Shown here one piece after another: positions 20,632 through 31,530 of a DNA stretch of 64,000 nt. Numbering within the stretch: position 1 is the stretch's first letter; the number at the start of each line of letters is the position of its first letter. The position numbers and the translations under genes were made by a program. The notes beneath the pieces were generated by a model. That model saw only the letters and a program-made list of their open reading frames with translations. It had not been told where the DNA came from and made no database searches. This DNA is from an uncultured Acidimicrobiia bacterium (GTDB lineage: Bacteria; Acidobacteriota; Terriglobia; Versatilivoradales; Versatilivoraceae): positions 224,001 through 288,000 of the forward strand of contig CAWBAT010000008.1 in assembly GCA_963786955.1 (NCBI GenBank). Reading direction: 5' to 3'.

Positions 20632-22911
20632 TCATGGCATCTCGATCTCAATCCACTCGACCAGAGTTCCGCTCTCCGTCTTTTCGCGCAATGGCACTCG
20701 GAGTTGCCCTTTTTGAACGTCAAGGAGGGTTGTCTTTGTTCCCTGTCGGAAATAGTGTTCCGTCATCTTTGCAGAGGATGCCTTACCTTCCCGCTTCAAT
20801 GTCAATGTGCCCTCCCCAAAGGGCACGACGGCCAAGTGGGAAGCTTGACTGATCCCATCATTAGTTTTTGAGGCCACGACCACCGAAGTAGTCGTTTCCA
20901 ACTGATCGCGGAATTTCTTGGACCCTTTTCCTCCCGTCAACCGGTACTCTCGCAGCGCCGCCATGACGACCTGATCGTTTTCGAACCGGATCCAGGAAGA
21001 ACTATGGGCTCCGCGCACCGGTCCGTAATAGTCGGCATCGATGGGAAGAATTGAGAAAGTTTCGGACAGTCGGAGAGTTTCCCTCAAGCCATTGAACTTG
21101 GCCACACGCTCCGGCGTGGCCAAGCCATGCGGATCCGGCCCGGAGAAACTTCCTAAGGATCCAAGGGTCCCAATGGGAGCTGAATCAAACCAGATCTCGG
21201 GCGAAGTGAGCCAGTCATAGCCGCCCGAACCCCAGGTTGGCATGCCGATCTCACCCAGGAGACTGCTGAAGAAGAAACGGCGATTGGACTCCAGATCGTA
21301 TTCTCCCAGGCTGATCATTAGGTCGTCCGGACTATGCACGTCGATGTAATCGATAAGCAGCGGCGAAAGGGAGTAGTACATGACCACGATATCGGGATTC
21401 TCCTCGCGCATGGCCTTAACCACGATTTCGAGACCCTTGAGCAGAATCCGTTCACCAGCCCAGGTCATATCCTTCGGTGCCGCTTCATCCAACACCGGGA
21501 GTTCGTAGCCGAAATCAAACTTGATGAAATCGGGGTTGTAACGTTTGACAAATTCCTTCGCCAATCGCCTGATCACTTCTTGAACCGCCGGCTGGGTGAA
21601 ATCCATGATATGAAATGGATGAGACTCTATCGGAGAGGTCTGCCGAATCTCAAATGCCGTACCATCTGCTTTTCGCAACATGTGGGCTTTAGTCAGCCCC
21701 AATTCGGCGGGATCCTCTAAACGCATAAAGGCTGACCATAAACCGACGTAGCGACCATCCTCACGGATTCGCTTCAAGGTGTCATCAAAATGAGGAAATC
21801 GTTTTGGATCATGGCGGAGATCGCCGTATTTTTCTTCCCAGAAGCCATCCACCACGAAATTGTCGACTTTGATGCCGGAAGCAATCATTCCTTCATAAAT
21901 ATCGTTCAAAGTGTTTTCGTTAAAATTATCTGGGTGTTCCTCTCTTGCGCACTGAGCCCCCCAGGTATCGAACGAAGTCGCCAATGCGATCTTGTTCTTA
22001 CGTGCTGAATTGACTTTTTTCCGGATCACGCCGGCTTTCAGCAAACCACGGTAATACCGCCGAATCGCTTCAAAATAGTTGGGACCCACGGTCCACAAAA
22101 GCTTACAGCCCAGAATCAAATGCCCCGGGCCGCGCAGATGCCCCCAGAGATCCCCGCGGTAATTGACATGAAGGCTGTAATGGTTGCGTGCTGTATCGAA
22201 AAAGAGATCCCCGTTGGGCAAATCGGCCAGCCCGCAGCAAAAGCTGTCCAGAAACTCCCCTTCGGCGTTGGTAGGCTCGAGCGGAACGCTGGGCGTTCGC
22301 TGAAAATCGTAAGGAGACCGGTGAAAACCGCAAAAGTAGTGTACCGGTAACCCCCACTGTTGGAGGAATCGCGGAGATTCCAGGTAGCCTCTTCCCAACC
22401 AGTAAGTCTCGGCCAGTCTCATATTCATCATTTTGTCGACGGGGAAAACGGGATTCATGGTGGAGCACTGCATGATTCCGGGAAGAACGAAATAGTCACT
22501 CGTCAGGCAGGGAGCGGTGCCCTCTCCATTCCCCATAGAAAAGTAATGGAGTCTGACGACATCCTCCGCGGCTGTAGAGTCATATTCAATCGGGTCTAGC
22601 CAGAACCCGTCTTGTTGAAATCGCCAAGTCATCGATAACCTAGCGCGACCATTGACCTCTGTATAATGGATCGTCAATCCATTCCCGTTGATCTCATGTC
22701 CTGAATGTTTCCCCGAGTGACAACGTGGAGATCCCCTCTGGCCGACCGTTTGGACGACAACCGCAGGCTGTAGTTTGCCGGTCACAATGGGCAATCCATG
22801 CTTGTCCAGTAATCGCCACTCATCATTTTCAATTCTCCACTCCCAGATGTAATCGTTGCCTTCTGCCCTTACGGTTCCCTGAAATTCTTTCGCTTGGACT
22901 GAATCCTTCAT
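20632..22911 (-). CDS. Clan GH-D-like TIM-barrel protein, signal-less paralogue of 10419..12800
   Basis: Shared motifs 'WGLPVHYFCGFHRSP', 'TVGPNYFEAIR', 'FVVDGFW', 'FIKFDFGYELP', 'HSPDDL', 'ATPERVAKFNGL'; no RR signal. Confidence 0.75.
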   Translation of the reverse strand: MKDSVQAKEFQGTVRAEGNDYIWEWRIENDEWRLLDKHGLPIVTGKLQPAVVVQTVGQRGSPRCHSGKHSGHEINGNGLTIHYTEVNGRARLSMTWRFQQDGFWLDPIEYDSTAAEDVVRLHYFSMGNGEGTAPCLTSDYFVLPGIMQCSTMNPVFPVDKMMNMRLAETYWLGRGYLESPRFLQQWGLPVHYFCGFHRSPYDFQRTPSVPLEPTNAEGEFLDSFCCGLADLPNGDLFFDTARNHYSLHVNYRGDLWGHLRGPGHLILGCKLLWTVGPNYFEAIRRYYRGLLKAGVIRKKVNSARKNKIALATSFDTWGAQCAREEHPDNFNENTLNDIYEGMIASGIKVDNFVVDGFWEEKYGDLRHDPKRFPHFDDTLKRIREDGRYVGLWSAFMRLEDPAELGLTKAHMLRKADGTAFEIRQTSPIESHPFHIMDFTQPAVQEVIRRLAKEFVKRYNPDFIKFDFGYELPVLDEAAPKDMTWAGERILLKGLEIVVKAMREENPDIVVMYYSLSPLLIDYIDVHSPDDLMISLGEYDLESNRRFFFSSLLGEIGMPTWGSGGYDWLTSPEIWFDSAPIGTLGSLGSFSGPDPHGLATPERVAKFNGLRETLRLSETFSILPIDADYYGPVRGAHSSSWIRFENDQVVMAALREYRLTGGKGSKKFRDQLETTTSVVVASKTNDGISQASHLAVVPFGEGTLTLKREGKASSAKMTEHYFRQGTKTTLLDVQKGQLRVPLREKTESGTLVEWIEIEMP

Positions 22912-22945
22912 TGCCCCTCCAGCTCTATTAAGTTGTGAAGAAATT

Positions 22946-23018
22946 GTAGCGGCGCTTTATGAGCGCCGGCCAAGCCGTTGAAATGGAAAGGGGCACGGCC
23001 GTCACAGACCGCCGCTAC
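22946..23018. repeat. GTAG-REP doublet (REPIN-like)
   Basis: GTAG-CGGCGCTTTATGAGCGCCG ... CGGCCGTCACAGACCGCCG-CTAC in inverted orientation. Confidence 0.65.
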
Positions 23019-23480
23019 AACCAATCGTTTCACCCCTTCCACGCCCTGGGGACGGATGGGAAGGATCGAGGTTTGAGTTGAGTCAATGTGGTTGGATCGT
23101 ATCATGGGTTCAGAATCTCAAAGTGTTTGGGGTTTTATTGCTTAGGCGTTTTCAGATCGCGGTCCCACGAAAGCCAGACATAACTGGTCTAACTTCAGCA
23201 ATAATCGCTCCAAATGAAAGAACGCTCAAAGCGTATTCCTGTCTGAACCAGGTCTGACCGTAAAAATCACAATGCACGCGATTTAACCCAAGATTATGGG
23301 TGAAATCGTCCAAAACAAGGTGAGGAGAAATCTGCCGAGGTTGCAAATTGGGGCGGAGGGCAGGGAGGGAATACACGAATCAGGCTAACCTGCGTCTGTA
23401 AGGACAGAAGCAGCTATGGACATCCCGTGACAGGAGTCTGTCCAGGATCACCGGATCTAAAACTCACCATGGACTACCGC

Positions 23481-23777
23481 TCAGGGCATAGTGGAGGTGC
23501 TTAGGCCGTAAAGTCCGCGGTATATTACAATGCCCCCGATGACGAGGAGCAGTCCTGCCGATGCAAACCCGAACCCCTTGGCGTAAGTCGTAATCCGTTT
23601 GACCTTGTCGATGACTTCCCGCTGTTCCTTTTCGAAGCCTGCCTCGGCATCGTCGAGGAAGATCTGGTCATCTTCTTGCATTCCCACCAGCGATTTCCAG
23701 ATCATGAGGCCAACGAAAACGGTTGTAATCACTCCCCAGATAATCAAGAGCAAAGTTACCGGAGTGAAACCACTCAT
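23481..23777 (-). CDS. Small two-TM membrane protein
   Basis: AGGAGG RBS; two hydrophobic helices around 'EDDQIFLD..E..FEKEQREVI'. Confidence 0.75.
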   Translation of the reverse strand: MSGFTPVTLLLIIWGVITTVFVGLMIWKSLVGMQEDDQIFLDDAEAGFEKEQREVIDKVKRITTYAKGFGFASAGLLLVIGGIVIYRGLYGLSTSTMP

Positions 23778-24075
23778 GGGCTTACCTCCTGTTGTTCTTT
23801 AATTGTTTAACATCCTGAAGCAGGTGAAAGCGAATGTCAAGTGAGGCGTATCATTTTCATAAGCCTGCAATAGTATTGCCATGTGGCAATAACTTTGCTC
23901 GACAGTCCATGAACCTCCGGGTTCGGTCCTAAAAACAGCCCAAGTCGAAATGTGAATCGGATTCGACTTGGCCAGCGGTGAATTTATCTTCTGATGTAAT
24001 CTAAATTCCAGCAATTGTGAGTCAGCGGGAAAGCGGCAAAGACTTCGGCTTCAAAGGCCAACATGGAGGAGGACG

Positions 24076-26733
24076 ATGAAAAGAAACGTAACACGGAGGG
24101 ACTTTCTGCAAGCTAGCCTGCTCGGTGGCGCTGGGGTATTGATTGGGTTGCCTCGGACCGGGTTCGGAGCCGGGAACTCTGATTCCGCAAACGGGATCTG
24201 CGTCACGTTAGCAAACCATTGGAGCTACATCGGGATTGGATGGCAGTTGGGAATTGAGTCTAACGTCCTTTCCGTGACGGACGCAATGGAGATGGCAGAC
24301 CGCCCGCCGCATGTGAAGACCTGCATCAATCTGGATGCACGGGCGTACGAGTTTATGGCCGAGAAGTTCCCAGAGGTCACGGAAAGGCTGAAGAAGTACC
24401 TGGCGGCGGGTAAGGTGGAATTAATCGGGGGAACATACGGACAGCCATTGGGGACCATGTTCAGCGGCGAATCCAATATCCGGCAAATCGTGGTTGGGCG
24501 GGAGACAATCCAAAAGGCATTAGGGTATGAGATGGTCACGTTCCTGGAGGAAGAGGAGTTCACGCATCCGCAGATTCCGCAGATTGCAATGGGAGCGGGT
24601 TTCAGGTATGCAAGCCTCGCCCAGGTGGACACCTGGGGCAAAGCCGGGATTCCCATCGTGGAGCTTGTCTCCTTCAATTGGAAAGGCACTGATGGAACGA
24701 CCATCCCGACGACCCCCAAGAACTCGCTTTATTCGGGCTGGTCCGCCGATCCGAAAGCTTTTGCTGCCACCCTGGCTTCTCCAGTATTTCAAGAAACTCC
24801 AAGCGCTCGGTAAACCTCTTGTGTTTGCTTGGGAAGAGTTCGGCTGGGAACCTCACGATGAGCCGGCCTACTTGACCGGCCCGCAGAAGTATCAGAAATT
24901 CGTGGAGCAGTTTCCGGTCGAGTTCGTGACGCTAGCGGAATATATGGATAAGTATGGTAAGAATCCGCGGGAGACCGTTTATCTGAACATGGATTCTTGG
25001 AAGAAGCTGCTGACCTGGGGGCTGGGCGGGGATCAATTGCGGATTCTCGATCGGAAAGTCGAAGGAATCCTGCTGGCCGCCGAGCGATTTGATGTGGTGG
25101 CAAGCGATTTAGGAGCAAGAAGCCAGGCGGGGGATTTAACCAGAGGGTGGAAGAACCTGCTGGCATCGCAAAGCCATGATGTGTCGTTATGTGAGTACTC
25201 ACGGTGGCAGGGAGATCGCATGGCGCCACTCGACCGGTTAGAGGATTACCACAATTTTACCTGGGGGGGCATTGGCTACAATCATCTCGACGCCGCACTG
25301 AAAGATGGGAAGGCAGTGCTGGATGCCTCACTGGATATGGTCGTGAAGAGGATTGGTTCACAATCAGGGAAACAGGGTCAGAAAGTCGCCACCGTCTTTA
25401 ATCCGAGTGGCTGGGAAAGGACTGAAACCGTGACCACCGGACGGATTTACCCGCTGCCGGATAAGATGAAGGGAGTGGTCGTCAAGGATTCAGCGGGACG
25501 GGTGATGCCATCGCAAGTAATCAAACGCGAGGTGAATGGCGAGCAGAACCTGGTGACTGGGGAAGTGGCATTTCGAGCTGAGAAGGTGCCGAGCCTCGGT
25601 TATGACACCTACTATCTCGAATTCATGTCTGAAGAGGTGGCTGGCGCGAGCACGGAACTCCGGGTAGATACAGTCAATCTGACGATGGAAAACTCACTGG
25701 TGAAAGTGAAGCTGAATCCCAAGACAGGGGCGGTCAGTAGCTTGGTCGATAAACGCACGGGTCAAGAGATGCTGAACGCGCAAAAAAGTGCATTCCCGGT
25801 TTTTAAAGGAAGGGCTAATCCTGAATATCGCCTGCGTATCCGGGAAAAAGACAATGTCGAATTTGACAGTTCAATTTCCCAGGCTGAAATTCGTTGGATT
25901 GAAAAAGGGCCCCTCCGCGCCACGGTCAAAGCCCGTCACAACTGGCCACTCTTGAAGTTCGAAACCTACGTGACCCTGTATGAGAGCGTCCCCTATGTCG
26001 AGGTCACAAGCCGGGTGCTGGCCGACGTCCCTCCAGCGGCCGACGCAATCGATGAGAACAATCGGTTTCCCGCAGAAATCAGGGAAGGTTACTGGTTCTC
26101 CTTTGCGCCCGGATTCCCGATTTCTTCGGTTGTTCGAGATTTCCCTCTAGCGATCGAGGCTACTGAAAAGAATTATTTTCACGCCTTGACCTTTGTGGAC
26201 TTGATTGGAAAGGATTCCGGGCTTCTCGTCCTGCACCCTGGGACCCAGTATTTCAAACGGGACTCGAGCGGAGTGATTTCAAATTTGGTGATGAGAGAAT
26301 GGGAATCCTATTTTTCCAAGGAATTTGGCTGGCCCCGTTATTCAGAATACCGTCATGTCTTGCTGCCTCATAGCCTGAATTTCACAAATGCAGAACGGTT
26401 GCGGGCGGCCGAGCAGTTCAGTCAGAAGATGATCACGGTGGTTGGGGACCCTCAAGCTGGAAACCTTCCGAAGCGGAATGGTTTTTTAAGCATGAGCCCG
26501 GAGAGCGTGCAATTGTTGGCTTTGCGAAAAAAAGAAAGTGGAGGGACAGAACTCCGCGTCGTCGAGGTGGAGGGTCGAGAGATGCCGGCGAATATTAAGT
26601 CTTGGCTGGGACCCTGAGCAGTGCAGTGGAAACAAACTTATTGGGGAAAAAAGTGGCGGAAGCCTCCTGAAGCGGCAACAAACTGAGCTTCCAAATTCAA
26701 CCCTGGCGAGTCCGGACCTTCGAGCTGACATAG
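24076..26733 (+). CDS. Tat-exported divergent GH38 (alpha-mannosidase-like) protein; frameshifts near 24780 and 26600-26670
   Basis: 'TRRDFLQ' Tat; 'GKVELIGGTYGQP', 'GESNIRQ', 'PQIPQI', 'FNWKGTDG', 'SQSHD', 'VFNPSGWER', 'VPSLGY', 'MENSLVKV'; the tail 'IQPWRVRTFELT*' ends at 26733. Confidence 0.75.
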
Positions 26734-26888
26734 GACCATCCAGAACACATATCTGTTGAGAAGCTTGCTCCCAATAGCAATATGAAGAGAGTTATCTCGC
26801 CCCCCAGACCATGTTTTGGAGGATGAACCACAGTCAAGCAATGCGCTGAGGTGTGTCTTCATGGTGAACTGTTGTTGCTTAAGAACCG

Positions 26889-29800
26889 GTGCTCATGAAG
26901 GGGTCCGCTTCCCACCTGATATTGGAAGGTTGCGCGCTAATGTTTCTCTTTTCCAGTTTGCTACTGCTCCCACGGGCCGCGCATTTCACCCGACGATCCA
27001 AGGTGAGGGTGGAAAAAATCGAACCCACATCGCTGTTTCCAAAAGTTCGGGAAGGGGAACCATTGCGGCAGAGAGCGATCCTTTACCTGAACAACTCGGC
27101 GGCCCCCCTGGCGCTCGTAGCCAAAATCACCTTTGGGTCTTCTGCTGTGTACACTGAGGAGCTCGGCGAAGTGCCAACCGGCAAGTCCACCAGGCCTATT
27201 TATCTTGCGGACATCTCATTACCCACTTTATTAAAAGTGCAAGTACTGCAAAAAAGCAGTGGGCAAATTCTTGCCGGGCAGGAGGTGATCTGGCAGCCGC
27301 AAAAGAAATGGACCGTCTATTGTGTCTCGTACTCCCACCACGACTTGGGCTTCGGAGATTACCCCCATCGGTTAAGGACTACCATCCGTCACGCCAATAT
27401 CCGGTTGCCACTGCAATTCTGTCGTGAAACTGATGACTGGCCTAAAGACGACCAATATCGCTACATGATCGAAACAGGAGAACCCATTACGAGTTTCATT
27501 AACTTCTTTGGAAAGGAAGAGGCCAAAGAATTGGGGCGCCGGATCCGCGAGGGACGCATCCAGATTGGGGGACTCCATAATACGGCAAGCACCGAACAAC
27601 TCAGCCATGAACTTTTAGCGCGACTTTTCTACATTTCGGGACGGCATGCTCCTGACCTGCTTGGATCTCCAAAGGGGAAAACAGTGCAGCAGGATGACGT
27701 GATCGGGTTGACCTTGCCCTTGGCCACTTTTGCCAAAGAGGCAGGCTTTGATTACCTTTTCCATGGGTATAACCGGTTGGCAATGCCAAATGTGGATGGA
27801 GTGAAACTCCTTAGCGAGTTTCGGGATCTTGATAGCGAGGTTGGGCAACCCATTTACGCTCCCGGGCGTGAACCCGCATTCTATTGGCAAGGACCGGACG
27901 GGCAATCTTTGCTCGTTCGAGCAACCACCTACGAAAGACATAGCTTGCTTTGGGATCCCTACGATAAGCATCCGTCTGATGATCAGGATCCGGCACGCAT
28001 TGAGCTGCTTGTTAGAAGTCACGAAAAAATGAATTGGCCCTTCAGTTGTTTCCTTTCCCAGGATGGCGGCGACTTTTTGCCGGTGAAGCGTACCATCGCC
28101 AATCGGATTCATAAATGGAACAGCCAGTACAGTTATCCAAAGTTGATCAGTGCCACAATGGATATGTATTTTGATGCCCTCTCCGTGGAACTAAAGCAAG
28201 TGAGCATCAAAACCTTCTCGCTGGACGGAAATAACCAGTGGTCCGATCAGGATGCCACGGATGCACGGCTGTTAGGACGTGCCCGGCGGTTGAATGAGAC
28301 CCTTCCCACTACCGAGAAATTGGCAACCTTTGCCCAAGTACTGACCCCGGGCGGTTATCCTTGGATGGACCTGTATCAGGCCTATCATCGTCTTCTTCAA
28401 TACCATGAGCACACTAATGGGCGTCTTGGTGTAGGAGAGTCATCAGAAGAGTTACGATGGTATGAGACCGAATTGGAAGAAAACCGGGAAATGATTGCGG
28501 AAGCAGAGGAGTTGCAGAATCGAGTCCGCGAGAATGTCCTGGAACGCTTGTCCCGCTTGATTGCACTGCCCTCGAAGCAGAACGTGTTGGTTTTCAACCC
28601 GCTACCGCACACTCGCACCGATGTGGTGACGTCCAAGCGGCTGAAGCTGCCGGAGGGAGCGCTGCTATTCGACGTCGCGTCTGGTAAACAGGTTCATTGG
28701 CAGCGCCTGCCAGATGGGTCGATTATCTTTCGTGCAAGCGACGTTCCTGCCACCGGCTACAGTGTTTACCGTGTCGAGGAAGGCCATAAAGAGGACTTGT
28801 CGCCTGTCCAATCTGCTCTCGCGAACACTATGGAAGGCCGGTTCTACCGGATGCAAATCGACCGCCAAACCGGCGATGTGAAGAGTCTGTACGATAAGGA
28901 GCTAAACTTAGAATTAGTAGAACCGAACGCGCCTCACGGTTTCAACCAATATCTTTATGAATGGGTGAGACTCGTCGACAAAGAAAAGAGTAAAAGAGAC
29001 TGGTATCGGATGACTCAAGCCAATGTGTCCATCGAGCGAGGGCCGGTGGCGGACGTTCTAACCATCAAGGGGAAAGCAACCGGAGCTGAAAACATCGAAC
29101 AGACTGTAATCTTGTATCATGAAACCAAGCAAATCGACTTCGCCATTCATATAGACAAGTCTCCCTACCTGAACAAAGAGGCAATCTATGTGGCATTGCC
29201 TTTGTCGGTCCCAAATTTTTCTATTCATCACGAACTTCCCGGGGCCGTCATCGAGCCTTACCGAAAACAGTTCGAAGGATCCTGCACTGCGCACTATGCT
29301 ATCCGCAGCTTTACAGACCTATCAAACAAGGACTATGGAGTAACCATCTGCCCGATAGAAGGGTCACTGGTTAGCTACGGCCAGCCAACTTCATCCCCGA
29401 TGCTTTGGGTTGGCAAAGAGTTCATATTCAATCGTTCCCAGGAATATCCGAAGAACAGCCGCGTGTATTTATACCTGCTCAACAACATGTTTGATGTGAA
29501 TATACCCGTGGATCAACGTGGGCCGGTGGATTTCCGCTGGTCGCTGCGTAGTCATCCCGGAGACTGGAAATCCGGCAAGGCCGATCAGTTTGGGCGGCAG
29601 GTGAGTCAGCCGCTGCTTGCCTGGCAAGCCGATGGGCCACATGAGGGCACTTGGCCCGCACGGGGGGGCTTCATGAGTGTTGACGCCCCCAATATCTCCT
29701 GCAGCACGATCAAGCCCGCGGAAGCCAATGGCCGCGGGATCATCTTGCGGTTTCATGAAACGGCAGGGATGGAAACCGCTACCCAGGTTTCTCTGCCGGT

Positions 29801-30686
29801 CATGAGCCGAATATCCACTGTTATCGAAACCAGTCTCCTGGAAGACGACCGGCCGTTCAAGTTTTCGGTCGGTCCCGGAAGTACCTTCACGCTGAAGTTG
29901 CGGCCTTTCGGGATTAAGACCATCCGTGTGTTGAGTGAACCGACCTCAGCACTGGGGATTGTCCACACACCACAAGCTTTAGCCACGGCAGATATGCGAG
30001 TGGAATTGACATGGAAAAGTGACCTGGATAAAGACCGACTCAGCCACTTCAACATCTATCGCGATTCCGATGCCCAATGTGAGCCGACCCTGTTGAACTT
30101 AGTCGGACAGACCTCCTCCACTGAGTTCACAGACATGCCTCGGCTGAACTCAGGTGGTTGGATCCGCAATACCCTTGAGCCGGAAACAACTTACTACTAT
30201 CGCGTCGTAGTCGTGGATCGCTGGAACAACCTGGGTCCCCCGAGTGCCGCTGTAAGAGTGACGACCCTCTCGCCGAAACAGAAGAACCTGCCGCCTCTGA
30301 AAGTCGAAGGCCTGCGGGCAATCCTGGTGAGCCCGATCTCGGCACACAATTTTGTCAACCTGCTGTTTCGAACTGCTTGCGAATCGGATGTAGCCAGCTA
30401 CGAGGTCCATCGTTCTATTAACACGGGATTTGTTCCGGACGCCACGACCCTGATAGGAGGAGTCAAGAGCACCGATGTTATTAAGGGATCAGAAGAGTAT
30501 GGCCACACGGCCATTGATTACCCTGTCAAGGCTTTTGATCACGCCATGTTTGCGGATCACACCGTCTTGCCTGGAAAGATGTACTTCTACAAGATCTGCG
30601 CTGTGGACAAAGCCGGCCAAAAAGGGCCGTTCTCATTGGAAGCTTTTGTGAAGACGAAGGTATCGGCATCGTCTCAAAAAAAATGA
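26889..30686 (+). CDS. GH38-family glycoside hydrolase with C-terminal fibronectin type III-like domains
   Basis: 'YSHHDLGF', 'IREGRIQI', 'QDDVIG', 'FYWQGPDG', 'YHEHT', 'VFNPL', 'VPATGY', 'IKPAE..GIILRFHE'; FN3-like 'TTYYYRVVVVDRWNN' and 'YFYKICAVDKAG'. Confidence 0.85.
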   Translation: MLMKGSASHLILEGCALMFLFSSLLLLPRAAHFTRRSKVRVEKIEPTSLFPKVREGEPLRQRAILYLNNSAAPLALVAKITFGSSAVYTEELGEVPTGKSTRPIYLADISLPTLLKVQVLQKSSGQILAGQEVIWQPQKKWTVYCVSYSHHDLGFGDYPHRLRTTIRHANIRLPLQFCRETDDWPKDDQYRYMIETGEPITSFINFFGKEEAKELGRRIREGRIQIGGLHNTASTEQLSHELLARLFYISGRHAPDLLGSPKGKTVQQDDVIGLTLPLATFAKEAGFDYLFHGYNRLAMPNVDGVKLLSEFRDLDSEVGQPIYAPGREPAFYWQGPDGQSLLVRATTYERHSLLWDPYDKHPSDDQDPARIELLVRSHEKMNWPFSCFLSQDGGDFLPVKRTIANRIHKWNSQYSYPKLISATMDMYFDALSVELKQVSIKTFSLDGNNQWSDQDATDARLLGRARRLNETLPTTEKLATFAQVLTPGGYPWMDLYQAYHRLLQYHEHTNGRLGVGESSEELRWYETELEENREMIAEAEELQNRVRENVLERLSRLIALPSKQNVLVFNPLPHTRTDVVTSKRLKLPEGALLFDVASGKQVHWQRLPDGSIIFRASDVPATGYSVYRVEEGHKEDLSPVQSALANTMEGRFYRMQIDRQTGDVKSLYDKELNLELVEPNAPHGFNQYLYEWVRLVDKEKSKRDWYRMTQANVSIERGPVADVLTIKGKATGAENIEQTVILYHETKQIDFAIHIDKSPYLNKEAIYVALPLSVPNFSIHHELPGAVIEPYRKQFEGSCTAHYAIRSFTDLSNKDYGVTICPIEGSLVSYGQPTSSPMLWVGKEFIFNRSQEYPKNSRVYLYLLNNMFDVNIPVDQRGPVDFRWSLRSHPGDWKSGKADQFGRQVSQPLLAWQADGPHEGTWPARGGFMSVDAPNISCSTIKPAEANGRGIILRFHETAGMETATQVSLPVMSRISTVIETSLLEDDRPFKFSVGPGSTFTLKLRPFGIKTIRVLSEPTSALGIVHTPQALATADMRVELTWKSDLDKDRLSHFNIYRDSDAQCEPTLLNLVGQTSSTEFTDMPRLNSGGWIRNTLEPETTYYYRVVVVDRWNNLGPPSAAVRVTTLSPKQKNLPPLKVEGLRAILVSPISAHNFVNLLFRTACESDVASYEVHRSINTGFVPDATTLIGGVKSTDVIKGSEEYGHTAIDYPVKAFDHAMFADHTVLPGKMYFYKICAVDKAGQKGPFSLEAFVKTKVSASSQKK

Positions 30687-30792
30687 GGGTTGCACGGTGG
30701 GTGAGGGCCAATCACTTGCGCATTCATCGGGCCTTCTGAGTGAATCTCTACTTTAGCCCAGCAATCAAAACTGAAGGACTAGCAAAAAAAGG

Positions 30793-30839
30793 TTGACTTA
30801 AAAACGGAGTTTGCCGTATAAGTCTACTGAGTTGATAGA
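30793..30839 (+). promoter_or_regulatory. Sigma70-like promoter (TTGACT-N18-TATAAG) followed by a putative Rrf2 operator TCTAC-N7-ATAGA
   Basis: Directly upstream of the Rrf2 gene; the near-palindrome abuts the -10 box; similar site at 31340. Confidence 0.5.
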
Positions 30840-30859
30840 TTGAATGAGGTAAATACTCG

Positions 30860-31321
30860 ATGCTCTCCATGAAGGCAAAATATGGTCTCCGGGCATTGCT
30901 TTATCTGGCGAAGCACGAGGGGGAAGGACTGGTCTTGATTTCAGATCTTGCTGAGAAAGAGAACATACCCAAGAAGTTTTTGGAATTAATCCTTCTGGAC
31001 CTTAAGAATCACGGGATTCTTCAAAGCAAGAAGGGAAAAGGCGGTGGGTATTCGCTGGGTCGAAAACCTGCGGCTATCAAGCTTGGGCGGGTGATTCGCT
31101 TACTGGATGGCCCGTTAGCTCCATTGCCTTGCGTCAGTCAAACGGCCTATGCCCCCTGTGATGAATGCGAAGATGAAAAGACTTGTGGCATTCGGCTCGT
31201 TATGAGAGATGTCCGGGATGCAATTGCCAATATCCTGGATAATACGACCCTAGCGGACGTGTTGCAACGCGTCGAAGCGGCTTCAAATAATCCTTATGAA
31301 GCCCTGATGTATCATATTTAG
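30860..31321 (+). CDS. Rrf2-family transcriptional regulator (CymR/IscR-like) with three conserved Cys
   Basis: 'KAKYGLRAL', 'IPKKFLELIL', 'SKKGKGGGYSL', 'DGPLAPLPC...C.EC....C'. Confidence 0.95.
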   Translation: MLSMKAKYGLRALLYLAKHEGEGLVLISDLAEKENIPKKFLELILLDLKNHGILQSKKGKGGGYSLGRKPAAIKLGRVIRLLDGPLAPLPCVSQTAYAPCDECEDEKTCGIRLVMRDVRDAIANILDNTTLADVLQRVEAASNNPYEALMYHI

Positions 31322-31339
31322 TTTTTTTTGGTCTATTAC

Positions 31340-31356
31340 ACTACTAAAAAAATAGA
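31340..31356 (+). promoter_or_regulatory. Second putative Rrf2 operator (ACTAC-N7-ATAGA) upstream of the porin/sulfate operon
   Basis: Same half-sites and spacing as 30823-30839. Confidence 0.4.
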
Positions 31357-31530
31357 GTAAATAGTGTATTGGCAATAGACCTCTCTTGAGCAAGCTTTAA
31401 ATGAAGTGACCTTGGAGTAAAGTGACGAGATAGCACGGGAGTCATTTTGAAAATTATTTCGGCGCTCAAAAGCACTCGCTACCGGTCGTAGAATTTGTCA
31501 TTTACACCTCCAAATTGGAGAGGAGTTCTT

